Part shown: positions 37,561-48,100 of the stretch, piece by piece | Layout of the letters: each line of letters begins with the position of its first letter | Position numbering within the stretch: the stretch's first letter is position 1 | Assembly: GCA_041651535.1 (NCBI GenBank) | Contig: JBAZIZ010000003.1 | Span: 19,357-83,356 of the forward strand | DNA from: Patescibacteria group bacterium | GTDB taxonomy: Bacteria > Patescibacteriota > Patescibacteriia > Magasanikbacterales > UBA922 | Direction: 5' to 3' | Length of the DNA: 64,000 bases | Notes under the pieces: generated by a model | What the model saw: the letters and a program-made list of their open reading frames with translations, nothing else | Told to the model about the DNA's origin: nothing | The model's database searches: none | Translations under genes and position numbers: made by a program

Positions 37561-38154
37561 TTTATGCCAAAAAGCAAAAACTGAAATATCAAATTCTTTT
37601 TTAAATAATTTATTAAAAGTATTTATTGTTTTTTTTGAAAGGGCTATTTTGTCTAAAAATGATTTAAATTTTTCTTCTCCAAAAACTACAATTAAACTAT
37701 TTACCATATGAAAACCAAAATTATAAATATAAGCATTATTTTTTTCATAATAAAATTTCAAATTTTTTACCCCTTTAAAATTTGTTTTTTTATTTTGTCC
37801 AGCTAAAAAACAGGCCAAACCTTCATTTAACCACAAAGGTTTTAAATCGTTTATTTTTTCTTTAAAATAAAGATGAACTAATTCGTGTTTTAAAGTACGC
37901 CAGTAATCTTCACGATCTTTATGATTTGATTCTTCTAAAAATTTTTCGTAACATAAAATATGAATGTTACCATCTCTTGCCCAACCAACTAGCCAATCAG
38001 GAGTTTCTTTTTTAAAAAATTTATTTATTTCTTTTCTTGAATTATACAAAAATATTTTAGGCTCTTTTATCTTTACAGAAAAAAAATTTTCAAATTCTTT
38101 TTTTGTTTTTTTAAGTAAATTTTTAGTTTTTAAATCATTAATTTTTAGCTTCAT
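37540..38154 (-). CDS. putative zinc metallopeptidase (HExxH)
   Basis: HELVH with downstream WLNEG (possible third ligand Glu); 204 aa, basic, no signal peptide. Confidence 0.45.
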   Translation of the reverse strand: MKLKINDLKTKNLLKKTKKEFENFFSVKIKEPKIFLYNSRKEINKFFKKETPDWLVGWARDGNIHILCYEKFLEESNHKDREDYWRTLKHELVHLYFKEKINDLKPLWLNEGLACFLAGQNKKTNFKGVKNLKFYYEKNNAYIYNFGFHMVNSLIVVFGEEKFKSFLDKIALSKKTINTFNKLFKKEFDISVFAFWHKIKNQVE

Positions 38155-38170
38155 AAAATTAGCAACTATT

Positions 38171-38340
38171 AAAAATCTTGTTTACCTGCTAATTCTATTT
38201 TTTCTTCATTAGCACATTCATATTTTACTGAGTATGAAAAAGGTTGTGGGGTACAAGCGCAGATAATTTTAGATTTCTGATTCTAGATTTTAGAATTAAA
38301 AATATTATAACACAAAAATTAGATAAAATGAAAATTTAAC
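38171..38340 (-). repeat. truncated remnant of the giant-gene C-terminal cassette plus its upstream promoter element
   Basis: 38176-38258 matches the 5' 80 bp of the cassette (encoding ACTPQPFSYSVKYECANEEKTELAGK) up to the common breakpoint ...gtacaagc|gcagataattttagattt. The extended -10 motif is at 38304-38316. Confidence 0.7.
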
Positions 38341-38481
38341 TTAATTAAGGCAAAAAATAGTCAAATAACTTGACAAAACTGTTAAAAAGTGCTATAATTT
38401 CTTGTTATGAATATTAGGATATTGTATAATATTTATAGCACATTAGATGGATCTTTTAACAATTTATATTGGGAGTTTACC

Positions 38482-39222
38482 ATGAAAAGTCTTACTTTTA
38501 TTGCAGTATTTCTTTCTTTCTTCGCTGTCGCTTGTGGCGGCAAAGAATCTGATTGTTGTATCGTTGTCGATGACGACGAAACAACGGATGAAGTTACCGA
38601 TGAAACTTCGGATGAAACAGCCGATGGGGCAACTGAAGCTGAAATTGATGAGGTGTCTGATGGAGACATCGTTGAAAATGAAAACGAAACTGATGAAGAT
38701 GAAGAAACACTTGATGAAGATTCAGGAGAGGTTACATATCATGAACCTGAGAATCTGGACGAGTGCCAGAATTCAGTTTGTTCTGAGGTATGTGTAGTCG
38801 AGTGGGATCAAATGGGAAAAGATGTAATCTTTTACCTGTTAAATGGAGATAGTATTGAAAAATACTCTGACTGTCCCGTCAGAATCAAACTGGAAATCGG
38901 ATCAAATGACAAATGTTATACTACGGTTATTGAGACTGCGGGCTGTAATGTTACAGCTGGTTTAGACGGACGAAAAGAAGCAAATTCTTCAATGCCTATC
39001 TCTGGTTTACTAACCTACGGAACCGACAAAGTTTACTACGAATTGTCAGAAACAGATGAAACAATTCAGGAAGATGGAGTTTTTAATTACACGAGATGGG
39101 AAAACTGTATTAACACTAATGGAGTAGATCTATGTGAAAAATACGGTTTGGAAAAAGTTCAAATTGAGGGTGAGAGCTTTGGTCTAGCTTCTGAAGAAAA
39201 ATGGGTTGCCATCTCCCAGTAA
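38482..39222 (+). CDS. acidic Cys-rich lipoprotein, paralog C of the cassette-associated family
   Basis: GGGAG RBS. MKSLTFIAVFLSFFAVAC lipobox, D/E/T-rich linker, LDECQNSVCSEVCVVEWDQ motif, C-terminal ...YGLEKVQIEGE. The ORF track starts further upstream; the first ATG with a signal peptide is 38482. Higher GC than the genome. Confidence 0.6.
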   Translation: MKSLTFIAVFLSFFAVACGGKESDCCIVVDDDETTDEVTDETSDETADGATEAEIDEVSDGDIVENENETDEDEETLDEDSGEVTYHEPENLDECQNSVCSEVCVVEWDQMGKDVIFYLLNGDSIEKYSDCPVRIKLEIGSNDKCYTTVIETAGCNVTAGLDGRKEANSSMPISGLLTYGTDKVYYELSETDETIQEDGVFNYTRWENCINTNGVDLCEKYGLEKVQIEGESFGLASEEKWVAISQ

Positions 39223-39239
39223 TTTCACATTACCCAGGT

Positions 39240-39292
39240 TCCGTTTATCTCATTGTAGATAAACACTTTTGAGCCTGGGTTTTCTTTTTTAT
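39240..39292. terminator. long hairpin (acccaggttccgtttatctcattgtagataaac...gagcctgggt) between convergent lipoprotein C and cassette 1
   Basis: Nested inverted repeats followed by ttttctttttt. Confidence 0.45.
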
Positions 39293-39342
39293 AAAAAATA
39301 CTCTATTATCTAGAGTATTTTATTTTTATTTAATATTTTATT

Positions 39343-39730
39343 TTAATCTTCTGTACTTTCAGGCAAAACTACTAGATAACCATCAAAAGCTGTGAAACTT
39401 TTGTTAAAATTATCGTCTATTATCTTACCACATTTATCAGTATCACAATTCCCTTCTCTACACTCTCCATTACAATAATCCCAATTATCAGTTATCTGAA
39501 CTTTTGGTTGATAATAACAATAATAATCATTGTCTAGTAAGTTATAGGTTTTCTTTAAAGTATTTTTTAAATTGGTACAAAGAGTTGTATCAGTACTTGT
39601 TCCACCAAAACAATGTTCTTCTGTAATATCACCTACTTTTTCTTGTTTACCTGCTAATTCTGTTTTTTCTTCATTAGCACATTCATATTTTACTGAGTAT
39701 GAAAAAGGTTGTGGGGTACAAGCGCGGATA
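39343..39730 (-). repeat. orphan C-terminal cassette 1 of the giant protein (variant tail)
   Basis: Encodes ...ACTPQPFSYSVKYECANEEK...KVQITDNW, ~90% identical to the giant C-terminus, then a different 45-aa Cys-rich tail (DYCNGECREGNCDTDKCGKIIDDNFNKSFTAFDGYLVVLPESTED). The ORF-track start is a TTG inside the -10 box, so independent translation is doubtful. Confidence 0.75.
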
Positions 39731-39870
39731 ATTTTAGATTTATGATTCCAGAATTTAGAATTAAAAATATTATAACACAAAAATTCTGTAAAATAAAAAA
39801 GACCCGAGTCAGTTAAGTAATTTCATTTCTGAAAAAACTAACCAACTCGGGTGGGGATGTGGGATTTATT
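39731..39870 (-). promoter_or_regulatory. cassette-associated element: long imperfect hairpin terminator plus extended -10 TTTGTGTTATAAT
   Basis: 139/140 bp shared with 41232-41370 (minus a 7-bp tagaatt unit). Contains acccgagtcggttaag...ctaaccaactcgggt, which forms a stem on the minus strand followed by ttttttatttt, then the promoter 13-mer. Confidence 0.55.
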
Positions 39871-40762
39871 TAGGGAGTGGAACGAAGTCAATATCCGACC
39901 ACCTATAACACGGGCCTTCTATACCTTCAACATATACTGGTTCATCTCCTTCTTCTTCACACCAATTTATTCCATCATTATTGATACAACTTGTGTAATC
40001 TCCGTAGTTGTATTTTTTTTTCCCTTGCCAAGTTTCACCAGTATCAGAAAAGAAAAAGTAAATTAATGTGCCATAATACGGATTATTAAGGTCTTCTTTT
40101 GTCCCCTGAACAGGTATTTTTTCAGACTCAATTTGTGAATAATCCCAAGCTATTTCTGTATGATCTACAAAGTTCGCATAACATATGTTATGCGAAGTTT
40201 CAAGCCAAATATCAAGATAGCTATCTTTACTATCAATTTCTTCTCCATTTTTGGCTAGATTGAACCAAAAAATCCTTTCTTTTGTCTCCTCATCCCACAT
40301 AAGAAGACAAAGCTGAGAACACGGAGAATCTTTACATTCTTCCAGATTCTGCAGCTTTACAAAACTTGGATCAGCTGGGACCTCATAATCTGTACAATAC
40401 AGGTTACTATCCCAAGCTTCTCTACAGTAGAAAACTTCTGGATCCTGTCCAGAATTTTCTCTGCATTTTCTTTCTCCTTGCCAGAAGCCATCGACACAGA
40501 CAAGTATCCACTGTCCATTATCAACAGTAGAGCACATTCTGTCTCCATCAGTACAAACTGGTTCAGTTGTGTCCTCGTCAGTGGACACTGTATCATCTGC
40601 TTCATCAGTTGATTCGACGACATCTTCATCCGGATTTTCATCTATAGACTCATCAGTCTTAGACTCGTTATCCGGAAGGGTTGGTTCTTCTCCACTGCAT
40701 GATACAGCGAAGAAAGAAAGAAACACAATTACAAAGATAATGCATTTCATGGTAATCTCCAT
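39866..40762 (-). CDS. acidic Cys-rich lipoprotein, paralog B
   Basis: MEITMKCIIFVIVFLSFFAVSCSG lipobox; acidic linker near-identical to paralog A; LEECKDSPCSQLCLLMWDE motif; divergent C-terminal domain. Confidence 0.6.
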   Translation of the reverse strand: MEITMKCIIFVIVFLSFFAVSCSGEEPTLPDNESKTDESIDENPDEDVVESTDEADDTVSTDEDTTEPVCTDGDRMCSTVDNGQWILVCVDGFWQGERKCRENSGQDPEVFYCREAWDSNLYCTDYEVPADPSFVKLQNLEECKDSPCSQLCLLMWDEETKERIFWFNLAKNGEEIDSKDSYLDIWLETSHNICYANFVDHTEIAWDYSQIESEKIPVQGTKEDLNNPYYGTLIYFFFSDTGETWQGKKKYNYGDYTSCINNDGINWCEEEGDEPVYVEGIEGPCYRWSDIDFVPLPK

Positions 40763-40858
40763 CTATAAAGTTATATAAATCCCTTGTAAAGAACAATATT
40801 AAATATGATTATTTAACAATATAATATAGCACTTTTTTGCTCTTTTGTCAATATTAAC

Positions 40859-41231
40859 CTAGTTTTCTGTGTTTTCAGGTAAAACTACGAGATATCCATT
40901 GAATTTTGTAAATGATTTGTCATTATCCTTATTACATTCCTTAGGACTTGTTCCATAAAGCCCGTTATTACAATACCCCCAATTATCAGTTATCTGAACT
41001 TTTGGTTGATAATAACAATAATAATCATTGTCTAGTAAGTTATAGGTTTTCTTTAAAGTATTTTTTAAATTGGTACAAAGAGTTGTATCAGTACTTGGTC
41101 CACCAAAACAATGTTCTTCTGTAATATCACCTACTTTTTCTTGTTTACCTGCTAATTCTGTTTTTTCTTCATTAGCACATTCATATTTTACTGAATATAG
41201 GAAAGGTTGTGGAGTACAAGCGCAGATAATT
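40859..41231 (-). repeat. orphan C-terminal cassette 2, an exact copy of the giant gene 3' end
   Basis: 40859-41221 is identical to 42187-42549 (the stop codon and last 121 codons of the giant gene). No in-frame start, because an extra tagaatt unit shifts the upstream TTG/ATG out of frame. Confidence 0.85.
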
Positions 41232-41370
41232 TTAGATTTATGATTCTAGATTTTAGAATTTAGAATTAAAAATATTATAACACAAAAATTCTGTAAAATA
41301 AAAAAGACCCGAGTCGGTTAAGTAATTTCATTTCTGAAAAAACTAACCAACTCGGGTGGGGATGTGGGAT
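41232..41370 (-). promoter_or_regulatory. cassette-associated terminator/promoter element, copy 2
   Basis: Identical to 39731-39870 apart from a tagaatt indel and 1 SNP. Extended -10 motif at 41274-41286. Confidence 0.55.
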
Positions 41371-42090
41371 TTATATTACAAACACAAAATAAAATGATCC
41401 TCCGAAGAAAGTTTCCACACCTTCTATCTCAACGACTTCCAATCCAAATTCTTTACATGTATCACGACCTGCCTGAGCGTCATAACACTCTACATAACCC
41501 TCCATTCTCAATTCTTTTTCTTCTCTAAAAAAGAAGCTGAATTGTCTCTCAGTTCCCAAATAAGAGACATGTTCAAGAGGTATTTTATAGCCTTCGGTAA
41601 TTGCATCTTCTTTTCCAATAAATGAATTTTCTGGAACAGAGAAAAAACATTTTTCAAAATTATCCACAAAAAGTTTAAACTTGAAACTTCTTTGGTCATC
41701 ACAGTTTACGCTATTACTTGTCTTTTTTTCACACCATTTACCGCTATTTGCTCCTTCATCCCACAGAAGGAAACAAATTTCTGAACAAGAAGAATTTTTG
41801 CATTCTTCCAAGCTTTGTAATTCTGTATAGACAATCTCCTGATCATCTATATCAGAATCATTTTCTTCTTCAGATTCAGTATCGATTTCAGTTGTGTCCT
41901 CGTCATTGGACACTGTATCATCTTTTACTTCATCATTTTCTTCGACGACATCTTCGTCTGGATTTTCGTCTATAGACTCATCAGTCTTAGACTCGTTATC
42001 CGTAAGGTTTGGTTCTTCTCCACTGCATGATACAGCGAAGAAAGAAAGAAACACAATTACAAAGATAATGCATTTCATGGTAATCTCCAT
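41371..42090 (-). CDS. acidic Cys-rich lipoprotein, paralog A (immediately downstream of the giant gene)
   Basis: Same lipoprotein signal and acidic linker as paralog B; LEECKNSSCSEICFLLWDE motif; C-terminal ...CKEFGLEVVEIEGVE. Confidence 0.6.
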   Translation of the reverse strand: MEITMKCIIFVIVFLSFFAVSCSGEEPNLTDNESKTDESIDENPDEDVVEENDEVKDDTVSNDEDTTEIDTESEEENDSDIDDQEIVYTELQSLEECKNSSCSEICFLLWDEGANSGKWCEKKTSNSVNCDDQRSFKFKLFVDNFEKCFFSVPENSFIGKEDAITEGYKIPLEHVSYLGTERQFSFFFREEKELRMEGYVECYDAQAGRDTCKEFGLEVVEIEGVETFFGGSFYFVFVI

Positions 42091-42186
42091 CTATAAAGTT
42101 ATATAAATCCCTTGTAAAGAACAATATTAAATATGATTATTTAACAATATAATATAGCACTTTTTTGCTCTTTTGTCAATATTAAC

Positions 42187-45100
42187 CTAGTTTTCTGTGT
42201 TTTCAGGTAAAACTACGAGATATCCATTGAATTTTGTAAATGATTTGTCATTATCCTTATTACATTCCTTAGGACTTGTTCCATAAAGCCCGTTATTACA
42301 ATACCCCCAATTATCAGTTATCTGAACTTTTGGTTGATAATAACAATAATAATCATTGTCTAGTAAGTTATAGGTTTTCTTTAAAGTATTTTTTAAATTG
42401 GTACAAAGAGTTGTATCAGTACTTGGTCCACCAAAACAATGTTCTTCTGTAATATCACCTACTTTTTCTTGTTTACCTGCTAATTCTGTTTTTTCTTCAT
42501 TAGCACATTCATATTTTACTGAATATAGGAAAGGTTGTGGAGTACAAGCACGGGTAGCATCACCAAAGAAATTTTCTTCTGCATTTTTTATACACGAATT
42601 ATTTGCACATTCACTATTTTCTTTACAAGTGATTTGTGTGCCAGAACATCTACCAATTTCGTTTGGTTCATCATCACAATATGGTTTTCTATTTTTAAAC
42701 AAACCTTTTGTACCACTTCCTCCTATCACTTCATCATTTTTTCCAGTATCTAAAATAACTGTTTTTATCGGCATTTGATCATCATCAGCATAAGCGTAAA
42801 AAGATAAATAAGCTTCAAAAGGAGAATTTTTTATAATGATTTTTTTGCCTGTACTATTGTTTACTGAAGTCTCTGTAATATTATCAATACTTAAATTATC
42901 AAAATCTCCTAACACATATTTTTTATTTATTTCATCATATTTTACTCCAAAAATTCGTGGTGAATTTATAGAATAAAGTTTTTCAAAGAAAGTTTGTCCT
43001 GTTCCACTACTCAAATGATCAATTAATGAAGTTCCGGGTGCTTGTTTATCTTTAGATTCATCAAATTTATAATAAGCGGCAGCAAACACATCCATAAAAG
43101 ATGTATTATTTGGAAAAGATGCAGTTATAAATTCATGTTCATTTAATGTAGTAAACTGTTTATATTCTGGATTAATATCAGACGCGGTAAAATCAAGTGC
43201 TTTAAACAAACCATTTGTTTTTGTTGGGATTCCAGAAGTTTCAAAATCATAGTCAATTATTTGGCTTTTATCTATTACTGAAAAATAATAAAATCTATCA
43301 AAATCTATTACTGTTGTTTTATTATTTTGCAAATCCGTCTCTGTTTTAAAAACATCATCTGTTCTTTTTGTTAAAGATCCAAAAGGAGCATTTGAATAAT
43401 TTTTTATTTTTGAAACTGAATCCACTAAAGTTTCTATGTAAATATCAGAATAAGTGGTAGCATTTTTTAAATTTTTAGTTAAAGTTTTATCCAAACCTTT
43501 TTTTCCAGACCACAAAATATCTGTTCGCGGTTTTGTGTTATTATTTAACAAATTATTATCATAAAGTACTCCATATTCAGTACATTTACTATTTAATTCT
43601 ACGATAACTGCAAGACGCATACCATAACTTTCGCCGTCTGAATTATCATGAGCATCTATAAATCTAGATATATAGCCAAGAAAATCTCCATCTTCATTAA
43701 AATCCAAACCAATAGCTAATAAAGTTGCATTTTCTTCTTCATTCAATCTATCTGAATCCCCACGTCCAAAATAAAAAGGATCAGATTGTTTATTAATAGT
43801 ATTTTCTAATGATATATCTTGACAATTATTTTCTGTGCACAGAGAATTTAAAGTGGTTTTAGAATTATTTTGATTTAAAATAGAATCTGAATAAAAATAT
43901 CCAACATATCTTGTTTTAATTTCATTCTTTCCTGTATCGTTATACAATTCATAGGTAAAATTAAAATCACTATTATTTTTAAAGAGAACAGTATTTTCTT
44001 TTTCTAATAAATAAGAAACAAAATTTAAACCCGAATTAGTTGAAGATCCTGAGGCCATACAAAATTTTTCATTATAACCTGTACAATAATTTTTAACAGG
44101 TGCATATAATATTTTGTTTGTGCTTTGTCTTAATTTATTAAAATCAATAGTAAAAGTTTCTGCATCTAAAAGACCTATGGTTCTCCCTTCTGCTCCAGAT
44201 ATATGTTCAATTGGTACAATATGAATTTTTGCTATTTCTTCTTCTTTAATTTTATTTTCTAGTTCACTTATATAAATAAAACTATTATTTAAGTTAGATC
44301 CATTAAAACTTTTAAAATTAGGGGATAAAAATAAATTATAAAGATTAAATTTACTTGCTTTTTCTCCATCTCCACTATCATTACCATCATGATAAAAACC
44401 TAAAGTTTCAATTTTTGTTCCAGAATTATATGAATTATATGAAGAAGAAGTTATTTCTAAATTACTAGAATTAAAACGTATTGGGTGAATTAAAGTACCC
44501 ACATCACCATATTCGCCTGAATCTTGACCTACAGCTGGAGCAAATGATTTTACTATTCCATTTGTTAAAACTGTATAATAAGGATCATTTACGGCATCAA
44601 ATCTTAATATTCTAATATTTTTTAAATCAATTTGTCTATTCTCTTTATAAGTATCAATATTTTTTGCCCATTCATTTAACATGATATATTGTTGTTTTTC
44701 ATCGTTACTATTAATAACTTCTTTATATTTATCTGAAACTACGCCACCTCCGCCAGTGTTTTCTTCTTCTGCTTCAAAATACAGACCGGCTACTTCTTGT
44801 CTATTAAAATAATTATAAATTTTAAAGCTACATTCTCCTGAATTATAGTCATCATTACAATCGGCTGTAAAAACTGGTCTATTAAAAGCTAAATTATATT
44901 GATTATTTAATATAGTATCATTTATAGTTTGTCCATTAATCACAGTTCCTAAACCATATTCAGGAGTTTGTCCTTGTTCAGTACTATTTAAACAGAAAAC
45001 TTGGCCAAAATCATTTGAATCGGAATTCCCTTCAGTTGGATTACCTTCTGGGTTATAACCTGCTTCTGGGTTATAATTATATAAATCCATTTGTGAAATA

Positions 45101-48100
45101 CTACGGTCAGAATAATACCAAGTCAAACAAGGATAATAAGTTTTATTACCAGCTTTTTCGCCACGACTTTTATCATATTCCATACAAACACCAGTCACTC
45201 CATAATATGTTCCCTGTTGTTCTATTTTATTACATACTCCTCCTTCACCACAATCTGTATCAATAAAACAGACATCACCTGTTTTTTCACCAATTCCAGA
45301 ACAAATTCCTTGTGGAATAAATGCGTAATCAGCATTACTTTGTTTAAAATCTAGAGGCCAGTAATCAATAGTACCATCTTTATATTCTACTTTTGTATAA
45401 AGACAACTGCCAAATCCAACTGAATCATCTGGATTAGTAAAAATATTTGAACTATATTGATAATAATTTGCATTATCATATTTTGATTTTATTTTTGTCC
45501 ATTCAGTTCTATTAAAATCAGTGTCGTCTAAATTAAAATAATATCTGCCACAACTTACTTCACTTGAATCTTCATCATCTTCATTTAAATTAAAACAATC
45601 AATATATTTATCTGAATCAAAATTAGCTATTAAACGAATATCAAAAGGTGAATCTTCTTCAGGGAAAGTTTTACAAGATTCTGCATATAAATTTTCTTTT
45701 ATTTTATCTCCAGATAAAACAGCTATTAAATCTTGTTCATTTGTTACTCCTACAAAACTTGTTTCATTTTTTCCATCTACTGGTAAAATACATTTTCCAT
45801 CGTAACACACTCCAGAGGAACCATCTTTTCCAGTACAAGCAGAAAAATCAGGTTTTGTGATTGATCCAGATCCAAATAAAGCTGGTATTTTACAACTATT
45901 ATTATCAGATTCATAAATCAAATAAGCACGGGATGCATTACCATCTTGCAAATAAATAGTTTTATAACCATCCAAATTTCTTTTATTCAAAAAAGCATAA
46001 CCAGTATAATCTTTGTCATACCAACTTGGATAAGCAAATTCACTAATTCTTTCTACATATTTATTTTTATCCAAAATCTTTTCGTCATCATCAGGTTTAT
46101 TTTGTAATTTATAATTAGCACAAACTTCCACTTTGTTTCCATCACTATCTTCTTCAATAGTTTTACTAGTACATTCTAAATATTGTTCACATTCTCGATC
46201 TATTTTTACTTTTATGAGCAAATTTGATTGATTGTTTGTGTCTGAAACTGGAGAAACTAGATTATAATCATTTTCTCGGCTATTTTTATAAGTAGAAGTT
46301 GCATTATATAATTTATTTGGATATTCTTCTCTATCTAATAAAATACAACCTTGTTCTTGACTAACCATGCCACCACAACTAGCAGTCTGAGAAGTTAATT
46401 TATCATTATATAAATTATAGTATTCTTTTGGTTGATTATCAGAATTCAAATCAGCCCAATCTAAAAATTTTGTACAACCATTATTTTCTTCATCACATAA
46501 ACCGACTTTACCTTGATAACCAGCCGAGCCATTTGAAGGTAAATCACCGCAAGGCAATTCGCCTATCTTGTCACAAAAACCTTTTTCACCACATTGTGAA
46601 TCTTCTGTACAATACATATTTGAAGGATAAGAACAATAGCCAATAGCATCCACAACAACACACATCGCGCCTTCAGGACAGTCCCCGCTGTTATAACATA
46701 ATCCTGGTGGATCTAATTTACAAGAACCTACCCCTGACATATACCAAGCTGGGTCATCATTACCTACTTTTTTATATTCACACAAAGTATTTCCAGCTAA
46801 AACTGGATCTTTGAAATAAGAAATTAGATTATTTGCTGAGTAACTACCACAACCAACCAAGCTATCGTTACACAAAATTTCACTATATAATTCTGGTTTA
46901 TTTAATAAAAATACATCACCAAAAACATAAGAATCGTCATAATTTTTTCCAGCTTTGATTTGTGATTCTTTTCCCATTTCTGTACAACCAATGTCATCAC
47001 TATTACAAATATGATCATTTTTTAAAGTCAAATATACAGGTTCAGAAGTCGGTGGAATTACAACAGTAGAAGTAACTATTTCTAAATTTTTTGTATACAA
47101 CCCGGCAATATTTAAAGTGTAAAAATCATAACTATCTGATATTTTTATTTTTTTAGCAAACACTGGATTTTTTATAAATCCAAAATTAAATTCAGAAACT
47201 GAACTGATTATGTTATTATCTTCTGAATCTAAAACACAACCTGTAGAATTATTACAAAATAAATTATAAACAGCATAATATTCATCTCCATAATCATCGT
47301 TTCTATTATAAGTATCTTGAAGTTTTGCACAACCAATCGCATCTTCCCGACATAATTTTGCAAAACCAGTAAGATTAATAACACTGCCATCATTTTCTGT
47401 ATCACTATTTACTGTATAAGAACTACAACCTAAATATCTACCTGGAAATCCATCAAGCGGAGTATTATCACAAACTTCTGGAACATCATAACCTAAATTT
47501 GTTTTCCAAGAATCTTTGATAACAGCTAATCGATCATCTGCAGTATCTCCTACTTTATTTAAACGAATATTATCTAAGAAAAATATTTTATTAGTAACAT
47601 TTGATTCAAAAAATAATTGAACTGAAGCAGTGTTAATTCCATTTACTAAAATTGGTCCTAATTTATATTCTTGCCATTCATCATTTATTGACAAAGGACG
47701 CAAAGCACTAGTCAAATTATCAGTAGTTAAATATGTTTCATTTCCAGATTGAGAAAAATAAACATTTAAATTTTGGATATCACCTTTTGCCCAAAAAGTA
47801 AGTTCATACCATTTGTCATCATTTAAATTATCAAACAAAATTCCAGCGTTAAAATTATAATAAGCTGTACCACCAATAACTCGAAGAGAATGTCCACCAA
47901 CATAAGTTGATTCAGTTTTTATATCAACATCTCCCTGACTACAAGATCCACTTGATCCATTTTCACACCAATTTTCTTTTAAAATACTTAGAGCATTTTC
48001 ATCATCGCCTGCTGGTTCAAAATCATTTTCAAAAGTTTTATGTAAATTATTTCCTGTATTACCAATATATAATCGACAACCATCTGCTGAAGCTGGACAA

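Noticed and set aside
39343-39780. 145-aa ORF (MCYNIFNSKFWNHKSK...) offered by the ORF track as a standalone gene
   Set aside because: Its start is a TTG lying inside the TTTGTGTTATAAT -10 box. The N-terminal 19 residues are just the translated promoter and AT-repeat, and it has no RBS or signal peptide. The coding part is an orphan copy of the giant-gene C-terminus, so it is annotated as a cassette (repeat).
40569-40778. Ser-rich plus-strand ORFs (also 41894..42106, 38433..38669 and 38501..38797) overlapping the lipoprotein genes
   Set aside because: They are antisense readings of the Asp/Glu-rich linker codons (GAx/GAA on one strand read as TCx/TTC Ser/Phe on the other). Two are duplicated only because the underlying lipoprotein 5' ends are duplicated.
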